Part shown: piece by piece, positions 26,301 through 38,563 of the stretch
Layout: each line of letters opens with the position of its first letter
Numbering within the stretch: position 1 is the first letter of the stretch
From: Adineta vaga
Lineage: Eukaryota; Animalia; Rotifera
DNA: 64,000 bases
Direction: 5' to 3'
NCBI GenBank assembly: GCA_021613535.1
Contig: CP075494.1
Location: forward strand, 2,666,001 to 2,730,000
Notes under the pieces: generated by a model
Database searches by the model: none
What the model saw: only the letters and a program-made list of their open reading frames with translations
What the model was told of the DNA's origin: nothing
Program-made: the position numbers and the translations under genes

Positions 26301-26889
26301 AAATTTCGTTATAGTAGGTATCAGGTTTATATCAAGGACTTTCTTTCTTTCAAATTTTCAAAAAAAACCCGGATGATATCAAACGTTATCTACTCTTTAT
26401 AAAAAAAATCATTGAAGTCTGAATCATGATATAGTTATTGTTTGGAAAAAGAAATGAATAAATATATACTTTTAACTATCTGTTATTCGTCGGTATAATG
26501 AGTGCTAAGATGATTCATCTTAACAGATGCTTATACAATTTGCTTCATTACTAGATTTTATCTATGAAAACATAATTCAGTTCGTAAGATAAGTGTCAGA
26601 ATCATAATTAAAATAATAATTTTCTTCCCTCCATATTATCTGTGTAGTTGATTCACCGAAAACGAGTTTGTTATCTAATTCCGTTTGTTTATTACAATAA
26701 CACCATCATATATATATATATACACCAGTTTCTTTTCTATAATACAATGTCAATGAATAGCGAAATGCATCAACAAGAAATTCCAAAATCAACTTTGACT
26801 GATGAGGTATCACTTTCAAGTAACGATCAAGTAGTCAGCAAATCTACAATACATGAATTACAGAATCATTCATCAAACAATAACTTAAC

Positions 26890-27240
26890 ATCTAAATCAG
26901 AGTCGCAACAAGATGTTATACTCAATGTTGATGATCGTTTTGGTCAACGATGGCATCTTGAGGCTGAGGGTGTGAGTATGAGTGTGAGAGAAGAAGAGAT
27001 ACACCCACACCCACACCCTCAAGATGCTGAACAATTAAAGAATCATTTTTATATTGAGAAGTTAGGAAAGCTATAGTCAGTTGACTGTTTTTATAATCGA
27101 TTTCCAATGTTAATTGGCAACTCGAAGCGATTGTAGTGTGCTTTTTTTCTAAGAATGAATAAACAAACAAACAACATAAGCAATGAAATTTTCATTTTTC
27201 TTCTCCAAATCATAAATTAATAAAACAGCTGTTGTGTATA
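26890..27240 (+). repeat. Local duplication, copy 1 (decayed gene fragment containing a palindrome)
   Basis: Shares tctaaatcagagtc, ctcaatgttgatgatcgttttggtcaa, gctgaacaattaaagaatcatttttatattgagaagttaggaaag and aaaacagctgttgt with 27940-28347. Confidence 0.9.
26954..27026. repeat. Telomere-repeat palindrome, best-preserved copy
   Basis: catcttgagg ctgagggtgtgagtatgagtgtg-agagaagaagagat-acacccacacccacac cctcaagatg; perfect 10-bp inverted termini. Confidence 0.92.
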
Positions 27241-27939
27241 ATCAAGTGAAAGAATGCAATATCCGTCGTGAAATGAAGTCTGCTTTTATTACAATTCTAA
27301 TAATCAGACATAGAAGTTTGTTGATGATTTCAGGAAAAATCTGTCAATCATGCTCGCAATATCGCATACATCAATATTGGCAGTCATAAGAGAATAGTAA
27401 ATATTCTTTATCACGTCCCGAGAATAAAATGAACAGCATTTTATCAACGTTCCGCCTCTTTTATGGATTGTCATCAATAGAAATTGAATCAACATAGGAT
27501 TTTGATATAATTCAAGTGTTGAATTAGTGGTTATAAAACGACGAAAATAATAGATAACTAGAGCTTTCGACCCATCCGGGGCTTTAAAAAAAAGATTTTT
27601 CTAAGTCAAATATATGGTTGATAGCCAGAACCGGACATGAATGAAAGTATCATTGGCATCTGCAAAAAAAATGACGACATGAGCGGTATGTATATTGACT
27701 TATTCTTTATCTTTGCATTTCTCTCTATTAAAATTCACATTCTCAATCATTAATTATTCAGTTTAAGTCATTTTTGATATAATATAATATTCTGTTCTTG
27801 ATCATATGTATATTAAAATAATGATAGAAAAGATAAAAATCGTTGAATGAATAAAGAAGAAAAAAAAAGATTTGATAAATCGATAAAAAAAGAAAAAGAA
27901 GAAAAAAGAACGATAGTCAAGTTCAAATGATATTATCAA

Positions 27940-28347
27940 ATCTAAATCAGAGTCAAATCAGAGTCGCAACATGTTGAGATGTTACACTCAATGTTGATGA
28001 TCGTTTTGGTCAAAGAGAAGAAGAGATAAACCCGCAACCACCCACACCCACACCCCAAGATCTAATGATTTGCTATTTATTATATTTTCCAACTTGCTAC
28101 AATACCACTGGTTTCGAAACCAATCGAAAGCTGAACAATTAAAGAATCATTTTTATATTGAGAAGTTAGGAAAGTGAGAAGTCAGTTGCTGCTTTATAAA
28201 TCGATTTTTTATATTGGCAACTGAAGAAACTTGGTCTAGTGTGAGTTTTATTTTTCTATGATGAAAACAACATAAAACAACATTAAGCAACAATTTTCAT
28301 TTTTCTTGTCCAAATCATAAATTTATGCAAAACAGCTGTTGTATATA
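27940..28347 (+). repeat. Local duplication, copy 2
   Basis: See copy 1; retains only spacer + right arm of the palindrome (28014-28061) plus ~78 bp absent from copy 1. Confidence 0.9.
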
Positions 28348-28349
28348 GT

Positions 28350-28918
28350 CCACATTGGTTTACAATACTTCCGCAGAAACTAAAGCTTATACAGCAAATA
28401 AAGAACTTGCATATATATCTGTAGTTGATTTAAAATTAAATAAATATTTACATAAAATCGATGCACCATTTGGAAGTGAAAATCTTTGTTGTTCATCTGA
28501 TGGTCAATTTATATTTCTAAGTACATTATCAACATCAACTCAAATGTCAATTGTTGAAACAAAAACAGATGAAATTCTTTATCATATTAATTTAGATTAT
28601 CCACCAAGTGGTTTTATTATTTCACCAATAAATTCATCAATAATTTATGTTAGACATATGAATGTTGCTTATGATGATGGATTTCATTCTGTTGATCAAG
28701 GATTTTTACAAGAAATTAATTTTGAAACGAAAAATTTAGGAAGAAAAGTTCAAATTGGTAAAAATCCAATTAATATTATTATTACAAAAAATGGAAAATT
28801 AGCTTTTATTTCTTGTGGAATGAGTCATAGAATTGATATTGTTGATTTAGATCAAATGGAACTTATTGGAAATATTCAAACATCACTTTCACCTCATGGA
28901 TTAATTTTTGCTCCTTAA
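28350..28918 (+). pseudogene. 5'-truncated YncE/YVTN-type beta-propeller gene (bacterial type)
   Basis: PHWFTILP/(frameshift)/ETKAYTANKE..., GKNPINIIITKNGKLAFISC, SPHGLIFAP blades. Confidence 0.7.
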
Positions 28919-29892
28919 AACTTTTTCTTTCGTAATTATTTTTAGATTTAAATAAATACATTCATCTATCTGTGTACTTCACTGATTATGGTTCTCGAAA
29001 AGCAAAGTGTATATTCTATTTTTATTAGTGTATCATACTATAATGATAAACTGATTATGATTCCCACGGTACACTTCACAATACAATCCACACTTGTATA
29101 GAAAGATGAGAATATGTCTCCGAAATGCAGGATATATGACATCACTCTTCTTATTTGGATAAAAATATCATTTTCTTTTTCTTAGAATATTGTTGAGTTT
29201 TCTATCCTTTGTAATTCTTTTTCTATAAAAAGATATTCAAATCAACTAAAAGGTTCATGTTTAAGTGAATAATCTTCATATCTAATTTGTTATTTTTAAT
29301 TAATTATTTAAAAAAGATTTATCTTAAAGAAAGTCATATCGATTGAATAAATATTTATATTAGAAGATTTAAGAATACAAATATAGAACTTAGTTATATT
29401 TATTTTTATCTCAGAACTCATATTGATTCACTTAGAGAAATAAATAGAATCTTTTCTTTTTTTTTTCTTTCCTAAAGAAAAACATGACATACGATGTTGA
29501 TGATACAGAGATGCTTCAGATTTCAAGTATCAAATACTCAACAAAGAATATTAGTACTATTTACATAGTCTATGATCTTAAACGAACTTCTTTTTTTTTC
29601 TGCTTCTCTTCATTTTCATTAATAAGATCGTTTTCTCATTACATTTTTCTTTTGCTTACAGGTAAATAATTTCCTGTTATGACCTTTTCTTTTTTTGATT
29701 GACATTTCCGTTGTCGTTGGTTCGATCATATATATATCTAAGAAAATCGATTCGAGTAGATAAAAAGGTAAAGTATATTTTAAATTATTCACGAAAAGAA
29801 ATTGATCAAACAATAATATAAAATTGACATGATTAGAAAGAATATATTCTTGTTGATTCTTTTCAGAACATTTTCTTTCTCAACAAAACAAA

Positions 29893-30987
29893 ATGAATTG
29901 TATGGAAATATTTCAAGAAAAAAATTATTCATTATTAATATTAAATCAAGCATTTAGTGATGATTCAGGATCATGGTGGTGGTGGATCAATATTATTGGT
30001 AAGAAAAAGAAAAAAAAACTTCTTTTTTTTTTTGAAATAAAAATAAAAATATTTAAAGGAACACTTCTATTTGGTTTCATTGGTTTAATTGGTAATATCA
30101 TATGTTTATTTGTTGTTTATCGTTTTCCATTATCATCTCATTCATTTGTTGAATATCTTCGTGTATTATCATTATTTGATTTTTTAACATTATTTTATGA
30201 AGTTATTCAATCATTAAATGATTTATTAAAATATTTATTTTTAAAAACATTCTTAAATTTATCTTCATCAATTCTTTGTAAATTTTATGAATATTTCAAA
30301 TATACAATTATTTTATTATCTTGTTGGATTATTGTTTTATTAACCATTGATCGTTATATACTTGTTTGTAAGCCTTTTTCAAAAACATTTCCAAAATTAT
30401 CTCAAAAATTTTGTAATTCAAAATGTGCAAAACGTTTTATATTTTTAATTATTTTATTATCATTATTAATTAATATACCACATTTAATATTTAAAGAATG
30501 GTATTGTCGACCAAATAATTATCAACATAGTGTAATATTTTATCAAAAATATTCATTAAATCAAACAAATTTTCAAGATATTTGTTCATGTCGAATATCA
30601 CAAAAATTGCAAAGAAATAAAATGAAATTTTTTATTATTTGGCATCATTATATATTTCATTTATTTTTCTATACAATTATTCCTTCAATTATTTTAATTA
30701 CAAGTTATAAAAATCATTGTAATATTCATTTAATTTTAACATTTCGTATATTAAAACGATTAACTGAATTATTAAATATTTGTGCATTGGGTATAAATTT
30801 CTTTTTATATATATTAGGTGTAAATCATTATCGTTCATCAACAATTCGTATGTTAGGTTTACATCATTATCATATGTTTTCGAAATATTTAATTATTGAA
30901 CATAAAAATTTTCAAACATTTAATCAAAATATTGATTCAACAAAAATGAAATTTTTAAAAACAAATTCAACTTCATTCATGGAATGA
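29893..30987 (+). CDS. Class A peptide-receptor-like GPCR (in-frame intron ~29999-30058), apparently lacking TM6
   Basis: GLIGN TM1, LSLFD TM2, LTIDRY TM3, INIPH TM4, IIPS TM5, INFFLY TM7. Confidence 0.75.
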   Translation: MNCMEIFQEKNYSLLILNQAFSDDSGSWWWWINIIGKKKKKKLLFFFEIKIKIFKGTLLFGFIGLIGNIICLFVVYRFPLSSHSFVEYLRVLSLFDFLTLFYEVIQSLNDLLKYLFLKTFLNLSSSILCKFYEYFKYTIILLSCWIIVLLTIDRYILVCKPFSKTFPKLSQKFCNSKCAKRFIFLIILLSLLINIPHLIFKEWYCRPNNYQHSVIFYQKYSLNQTNFQDICSCRISQKLQRNKMKFFIIWHHYIFHLFFYTIIPSIILITSYKNHCNIHLILTFRILKRLTELLNICALGINFFLYILGVNHYRSSTIRMLGLHHYHMFSKYLIIEHKNFQTFNQNIDSTKMKFLKTNSTSFME

Positions 30988-33697
30988 CTGTGTGAAGAGA
31001 AGTATTATAGACATCCTTTTGAAAATGAATAAAATTCTCAATTAATAGAGAGACTCGAAAAACGGAAGGATATATAAGATGGTTCATTTCTTTTGTAATA
31101 GTTGTTCTTGACATTATTTCAATAAAAGATTGTATTTCAGAGTTTTCTGAACTTTTTCCTTTCACACGTTTTACATCTATTGAATTAAACTCATACAATG
31201 ACCCTGGATCAGTCAATAACGGCTAACTTGTCACAAATGACTCATCCAAACTGGCAACAACTTTAATTGATATGGTGGACGGAATAGAATGCAGACATCA
31301 CCGTTCGTATAACTGGCCGCATCAAACGTTATTCTATTTGAATGTATGAATGGTTTTTTATTGAAATTAGAATTTCTTCTTGAGAAATATATTATGAAGA
31401 ATATCATTGAAAAATGATAATTGACCTTCTTTTTATTCAACTTGAACTAAAAGAGAAACAAAAACTAAAGAAAAAATCTTCCTTTCTTTTTTTGCAAGAA
31501 AAATTGTGTAATATCATCTAAGTAAAAAATGATCAAACTTGATTATTCGAAAACAATGTGAAAATAGAAAAATTATCGACGAGAGTTGTTTTATATTCTT
31601 TGTATAATCTTGGAATAGAAATGTGTTCATTAATTAAAGAAAAGATTGTATAACATTTTCTTTTTGTTATATTATCAAAAATTGTATACAGGTCAAGAAG
31701 TAAGTTTAGAAAAGAAATTTATTCTTTTTTTCTTCTTATGAATTTTCAATTAATTATATTTTTAGAAAAAAATTAAATAAATCTACGTAATAACTAAAAA
31801 AAGAATCGTTTTTATTTCATATTTATTATTCACTTTACACTAATTTTTATGATTTGTTAAGAAATCATAAAAAAAATCTTTAAAACCAATAAAATCGTTT
31901 TTTTTCATTAATGAAAGTATGAAATTGATTGTGAATGATACAATTTTGATAAACTCATACGGTTTAATCATATACCTATTGAAATGAGAAAAATAAATAT
32001 TCTTCATAAAATCCAGTCGAATTTTTATCGCTAAATGTAGCCTTGGGAGTACTAGAGTAAACAAAAACTGAACATCACACTCATTCTTATATCTTTAAAT
32101 TTGTTCAAAAAATCTCATATAGAAATTGCGCAGTTTGAAAGAGAAGAATGGTAGACTATATTGAGATATGCATGAATAAAGTCTGGCTTTTTGTTCTTCT
32201 CCGAAGTAAAATAAAATAATTCTTGATTTGATTAAATTAAACAATGATTCTGAATAAATTCATTTTTTAAATAAAAAATATAAAGACAATATTGGTTGTT
32301 TTCAAACAAAAGAAAATGCAAAGAATAGATTTTGAAAATTTAATCGATGCATTAAATGAAATTACTGTAAAGTTTAATCGGTCTGTTATTTAGATATTCA
32401 TTAAAGTCATATATAACAAATTTATCAGTTCAATCTTTTCATTTTCAATGGATTAATTTTAGAAATAAACAAACTCGTCGCTCAAAAAGAAATTCAATAT
32501 TTTCGTTATGATTCGAGCATCAAAGAAGCTGATTGTTGTTTCATCAACGGTAGAGAAGCCATCGAATGATAGGTAAACTTATACAACCGTCTTCACGATG
32601 AGAATTGACCAGAATCTATTAAGAAGAATAACGAGGTGATCATACAGAAGGAGACTGGAGGGTATTCAATTAGAGATTTTACTGTAAAATCTTTCTTTTG
32701 TCATATCCATCAGAGATTTGTTTAGTGTAATTCATACATGAAAAGAACGAATATAAAACATTTTCTGATTTATTTTTCGAGTTTTCAATATTTTTAAGAT
32801 AAATATTAAAATTACGACGACACAATGTTGTATATTTAATTCAACATAATGAAGAAAAGCCATAAGCCCTTTAAACAAACGTTCTTTCCTACTCTCATTT
32901 TATTAAAAATATTGAATAAATTACAACACATGTATTTATGAACATATGAGGAGATCATTATAAGAGATTAATATCATATTCAATGACTTTACACTACATC
33001 AGATAAATGAAAAAAAAACGTTTTTTATATAAATACTTTCATTTGAATAGTTTAAATATTGGTATATTAATCCTCGTATTTCAAAGTCTATTTTTTCGCG
33101 ATAAACAATCGAATAGATATTTTTCTGTTTTGAAGAAGTATCTGATTGAACCTTATGAGTTTATCGAAAATTAAGATTTTATAACATTTTCTTCAGTTAA
33201 AGAAAATTTTTTCTTAATAAATTCTAAATGAAATGTAATAAAGAAGTAAAATAAAACGTTAGTCTTTGTTATTAAATGTATTCTTTTCAAATTGCGATTA
33301 ACCCTGAAGCTTCAATAAGATTCTCTCTCTCGCTTATTTTTTTTTCAAAAGAATTTGCGTATAAGAGAGAGAGAGAGAGATAGTCATGTTTTTGTCTCTA
33401 ATATCTACATAAGACAACTATACGTTATTTATCATTCATTTTATAAAAATATAGTAAGTTGAAGTATATACTATTTATTTCACCTTTTTTTTTCTCTTAA
33501 TATTCTGTTTAAGTGAAAGATGTATGAGAATAATACGGAGGCTTCTCGATTAAGATAATTCATTTGAAACTTTGTATTTCAATTGAAATTCGAAGTTTAA
33601 TCCAACTATCTTTTCGATGGTTTTAATAAAGAAAAGATTCGATAAAATATTAAAATCTTTTTTAAATCTTATTTAGTTCAATTCAATTTTGATACGA

Positions 33698-34948
33698 ATG
33701 GGTAATCGATTGGGAACTTCATCAAGTAAGACTTATTTTAAGTAGTATCACATATTTCATGTTTTGGAGACGTACCCTCATCTTTCACTAGAGACCAGCT
33801 CATCTCTAAAGCGCGGAATATGTGACATTGATTGTTGAAGAGATGAAAATTTCACTCGATTGATTTTTGTTAGAAACAATTCGTGCAACTCCTGTTCCAA
33901 TTCAAGATCTTTGGCTTCAAAATCAAACATTTCGTATTCGTGATCATTTGTATACATTAATTCAACGACGTGGTGGAGGAACATTTGGATCAGTTTGGGC
34001 ATCATCAGATGTTAATGGTTAGAGAAAAAAAAAGGAAAATATTTTCTTTTCTTTTAAAATAGAAATGGTTTTTTTTCAGGTAATTATGTTGCTGTTAAAG
34101 TATTTGATTTAAATCGTTTTCGTCAAAATGTGACAACACAAGAAATATTAAAATCATTTAAAGATGAAAATGAAATCATTTGTCAAATTCGTAATGTTCA
34201 TCAATATATAATTGAAGTTTATGGATATGATTTTGATGCACATAGAAATGTCATATTAGTTTCAATGGAATTAGCAAATGAATCTTTAACTAATCGTGTT
34301 CAATATCTTCATGAAAATATTTCTAAATCAAATTTATTAAGAAATGATTTTATTTCTGCTAAAGATCGAAAAGATTTATGGATTCAATTAGTTAATATTC
34401 TTCTTGTTCTTCATCAATTTAATATTGTAAATAATTATTCTTTATTTTTCCTTCAATTGTCAATTTTGTTTATTCATTTTTTAGGTTCATCGAGATTTAA
34501 AACCAGATAGTTTTGTACTTGTTGGATCAGTTTTAAAACTTATTGATTTAGGTATTGCAACAAAAGAAATTTCAAAGTAAGAAACTTTTATTGAAAAGAT
34601 TTTAAAAAAAAATGTTTTTTTTTTTGGAATAGATTAACATCTCATTATACAGGTCGACGACGAATAACAGTTGGAACACGTTATTTTAGTGGTCCTGAAT
34701 GTTTAACAGGTCAATATTCTGTAACAACAAAAGCTGATATTTGGTCAATTGGAGCTATACTTTATTATTTAACTTATGGTATTCCACCAATTTATGAATC
34801 AGCTCAACATCCAATTGGTCATTTTAAAACTGATTCATCATTAGTTGAAAATATTCTTCAATCATGTTTAATTAAAAATCCTAATCGACGAGCATCACAT
34901 CAATGGCTTTTAAAACATCCATTAACAAATACCAATGTTCTTCTCTAA
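33698..34948 (+). CDS. Ser/Thr protein kinase, 5 exons
   Basis: Spliced motifs GGGTFGSV, VAVK, HRDLKPDS, LIDLG, GTRYFSGPE, DIWSIG; MG start. Confidence 0.85.
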
Positions 34949-35540
34949 TTCTTTATATATTTCATTTACATTTATTTATTCAAATAAATTATTTAAATCT
35001 AAATTTAGATCTTTTTCTTTTCTTTTCTTTTAGAAAATTATCAATATTTCAAATATAAAATAGATAACTTTAACTTAGTAATTGAATAAAATATAATTCA
35101 ATTTTTAGTTTTTTTTCATTTATTCTTTCTTCTATCGAAACAATATTTATTTACAAGGTCATCTTCTTTTTATACGTTGATAAGATAAAAGACATTTACA
35201 TTGATTACAAAAAGGTATCAAATATGAAAAGAAGAATTGTGAACTGCTTCTCGTGATGAGAAATATAAACATAGACTCCGACCTCCAATATAACTGCAAG
35301 ATTGGATAGAATTCTAATAGATCTTAATCGTAGATTATCAATAAAATCAAGCCTATCGTATTTATTGGGACTAGAAGAAGATCATCATGAGAAGAGATAC
35401 ATTTCACAGGAAAGAAAGAAAATGTGCACGTCGTGAGCAGAAAGAAAACATATATATATATATATGTGTGTACAAGATAACGTTATGAAGTATAACAATC
35501 GTTGACGTTAACATCGAGTAAATTTGAATAATTCTTTGAA

Positions 35541-36578
35541 ATGACTAATAATTCAATAAAAGGTATGTCAGATAATTATAATCTACATTCATCTCCTCAA
35601 TTAGCATTGATTCAATCATCAATATCATTGATAAAAAAAGGAATTGAATATCTTCATATAAATGAATCATTATCTCCAATAATTATTGCTGATTTTGGTT
35701 CATCACATGGAATGAATTCAATTTATATAATGAATATTATTATTAATTTAATAAAAGAAATGAAAAATATCAAACAAGAATCATTTCTAATTATTCATAA
35801 TGATTTACCAACAAATAATTGGAATTCATTATTTCATTTATTAAATCAACAAAATCAATCTTATTTTAGTTTAGCAAATGGTTGTTCTTTTTATAATCGT
35901 TGTCTTCCATCCAATTGTCTAACAGTTGCTTTTTCTTCTGCATCACTTCATTGGCTTTCTAAAAAGCCATGTAATATATCAAATCATTGTATATCAGTTT
36001 ATGCTAAAGATAAAGAACTTGAATTATTTGAAAATCAAGGAAGAATTGATTATGAAAATTTTTTAGAAAATCGTTCAATTGAATTAATAAAAAATGGAAT
36101 ACTTATTCTTATTATAAATTGTCTTAATGAATACGGTTTAACAATGGTTGAAAATATTTATGAATTATTATATAAATGTGCTCAATTATGTTTATTTACA
36201 AATGAAGAATTAGAAGAATTTACAATTCCTGTTTATATTCGTTCATTTAATCAATGTGTTGATCAACAACTTTTTGAAAAATATTCATTTCAATTAATTC
36301 ATTCATCAACAACTTCAGTTGATTTTCAATTTTATGAACAATTAATAAATAATGAAATTAATTTAGAAGAATTTGCTCAAAAACAAACAGGTTTTATTCG
36401 TGTTGTAATTGAATCAATTTTAAAACAAACATTAGAATTTACTAAAAAACGTGCAAATAATGAAATTAGTCAATTAATAAATCAATTTTGGAATTATTAT
36501 TATCAAGAAATTATTGAAAATCCACAAAATTTTCAAATCAAATGTTGTCAAGCTTATGTTATTCTTAAAAAAATTTAA
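35541..36578 (+). CDS. SABATH-family SAM-dependent carboxyl methyltransferase (Methyltransf_7)
   Basis: IADFGSSHGMNS, HNDLPTNNWNSLF, SFYNRCLP, SSASLHWLS; intronless. Confidence 0.92.
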   Translation: MTNNSIKGMSDNYNLHSSPQLALIQSSISLIKKGIEYLHINESLSPIIIADFGSSHGMNSIYIMNIIINLIKEMKNIKQESFLIIHNDLPTNNWNSLFHLLNQQNQSYFSLANGCSFYNRCLPSNCLTVAFSSASLHWLSKKPCNISNHCISVYAKDKELELFENQGRIDYENFLENRSIELIKNGILILIINCLNEYGLTMVENIYELLYKCAQLCLFTNEELEEFTIPVYIRSFNQCVDQQLFEKYSFQLIHSSTTSVDFQFYEQLINNEINLEEFAQKQTGFIRVVIESILKQTLEFTKKRANNEISQLINQFWNYYYQEIIENPQNFQIKCCQAYVILKKI

Positions 36579-36702
36579 AAATATCATTTACAAAACGAAA
36601 TTTTCTCTTTAGATTTTACTTTTTGTATTTTCCGAGAAAATTTCTTTCGAATTAATCAGTATTTTAAAGAATAAAAGATAAATGAAACGAGACGGACTTT
36701 GT

Positions 36703-36764
36703 TGGGTGTGGATTTTATCCTTTTCTGTCTGAGAAGATACCCACACCCACACCTCACACCCTTA
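36703..36764. repeat. Telomere-repeat palindrome
   Basis: tgggtgtgga...gagaagat-acccacacccacacctcacaccctta. Confidence 0.8.
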
Positions 36765-37020
36765 TTTGATCTGAATCAGTGCATTTAGTTTTTAAAGATA
36801 TAAATATCTATTCTAGTCACGCATAATGAGCGAGATTTATTTAAATATCATTATTCATTCTTAACAATCATGAAATATGAGTGCATTAACTTCTTTTCGT
36901 CAAATTAAACTCAACTTTATGACACATGTGATAATGTCGAATATCCTTGGGACGTCATGCAAACTAGTTTGTATATATATCATAGTTTCTCAAACGTAAA
37001 TAAACTAGTTTTTATAAAAA

Positions 37021-37977
37021 ATGTCCTCAGATGATGCGACAATCGCCACTTTATTAACAATTCAAGAATACTTACAAAAATATTTTAGTTTATTTATAAT
37101 TTTTATTACTTCAATTGGTAATATATGTAATTTTATTGTATTTCTTTACATTCCACCATTAAATAAACATCCAAATGCTTTGTTTGTGATCGCTTCAGCA
37201 ATTGGAAGTTTTATTTTTGTAAATACTGCTTTATGGTCAACTGTCATAAATATGTTTACTAAATTTAACTTAACCAATCAATCATTATTTTGGTGTAAAG
37301 TATATACATGGTTTTATTATTCAACTGGATGTTTTAGTTTTATGTGTCATTGTTTTGCAGCATTAGGACAATGTCTTTTAGTTTCTCAAACAATTCTATG
37401 GCAACAATTTTTAACACGTACAAAAACCAAAGTAATTATTATCATTACAGCTATTATTTGGTTATTAATATTTATTCCATTACCACTTTTTAATCATCTT
37501 GTTCGAACAGTATCTGGAACATTTTCATGTCGAAATTCTTTACAAATAATAAGTGCTTATGCTAATTATTGGATTGTAGTTGGTTATTATCTTTTGCCTA
37601 CCTTATTAATTTTTATATTAATTATTTTAACATTTTATTATTTACGACAATTATTGCAACGACGTCGTCATATTGAAGGTGTTATAACACGTATGATGTT
37701 AATTCAAATGTTTGTTATATTATTAAGTGGTATTCCCGCAGCTACATGTGCTATTTATTCAATAGTTACAATGAAAGTACCTAAAACACGTTTAAGATCA
37801 TCATATGAAGCTACGATATATCTTATATTTATTTTATTAACTTTTTTAACAAATGGAGCATCATTTTGGATTTATTTATTCACATCTGCAACATTTCGAA
37901 AACATGTAAAAGAATTTTTATTGAAAACAAAATTATTTAACGATCGTATCAAACCAATATCAACAATAAATACATGA
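37021..37977 (+). CDS. Class A GPCR, intronless, divergent DRY
   Basis: IGNICN TM1, FWCK, GIP TM6, FWIYLFTSATFRK TM7/H8. Confidence 0.85.
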   Translation: MSSDDATIATLLTIQEYLQKYFSLFIIFITSIGNICNFIVFLYIPPLNKHPNALFVIASAIGSFIFVNTALWSTVINMFTKFNLTNQSLFWCKVYTWFYYSTGCFSFMCHCFAALGQCLLVSQTILWQQFLTRTKTKVIIIITAIIWLLIFIPLPLFNHLVRTVSGTFSCRNSLQIISAYANYWIVVGYYLLPTLLIFILIILTFYYLRQLLQRRRHIEGVITRMMLIQMFVILLSGIPAATCAIYSIVTMKVPKTRLRSSYEATIYLIFILLTFLTNGASFWIYLFTSATFRKHVKEFLLKTKLFNDRIKPISTINT

Positions 37978-38563
37978 CACAAACACTTTTTTTTGTAAAT
38001 AAATTTTCACGCAAGAAATGTTTTGAATAGTCTCGATTTACACACGTTTGTAGGATTGTTCTTTTTCTGAACACGCAATATTCATTATAGTTTATTCTAA
38101 AGCGGTGTATTGAACTTGATATATATATATGTTTATATCATTCTGATCATGCACCCATTCATCGAGATGATTATGATAACTTATTACGTATTGGTAATGA
38201 ATTAGTAACATCATACCCTCATCATTTGCCCTGTGGCGACAACTAGGTTTTTTTTACAGTAAAAATTAAATTAGATTAATTGTTAGAATACTCTTTCAAA
38301 CTACTATGAAATTAACATATTCACCAAAATCGAAAAGAGAAGTATAAAATCAATAATAAAAATCATAAAAGGCAAATGTTCGTGACAACCGTATTAGATA
38401 TGGTGACGCTAAACAAGCATGCATTCCCATTCATAACAGATAGCTTGATAAATGTTGAAGACTTTATGTAAACACGGAGATTCACAAAATGACTATTTTC
38501 ATTCAAAAAGAAAAGATAACATTCATCATGATATGTATATAATCATTTATATTTGAGAACAAA

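Noticed and set aside
26648-27076. 142-aa ORF with HPHPHP tract
   Set aside because: The tract is the translated palindrome arm; the ORF reads through a decayed, duplicated fragment.
30977-31440. Two short minus-strand ORFs
   Set aside because: Possibly a gene remnant, but no family could be recognised.
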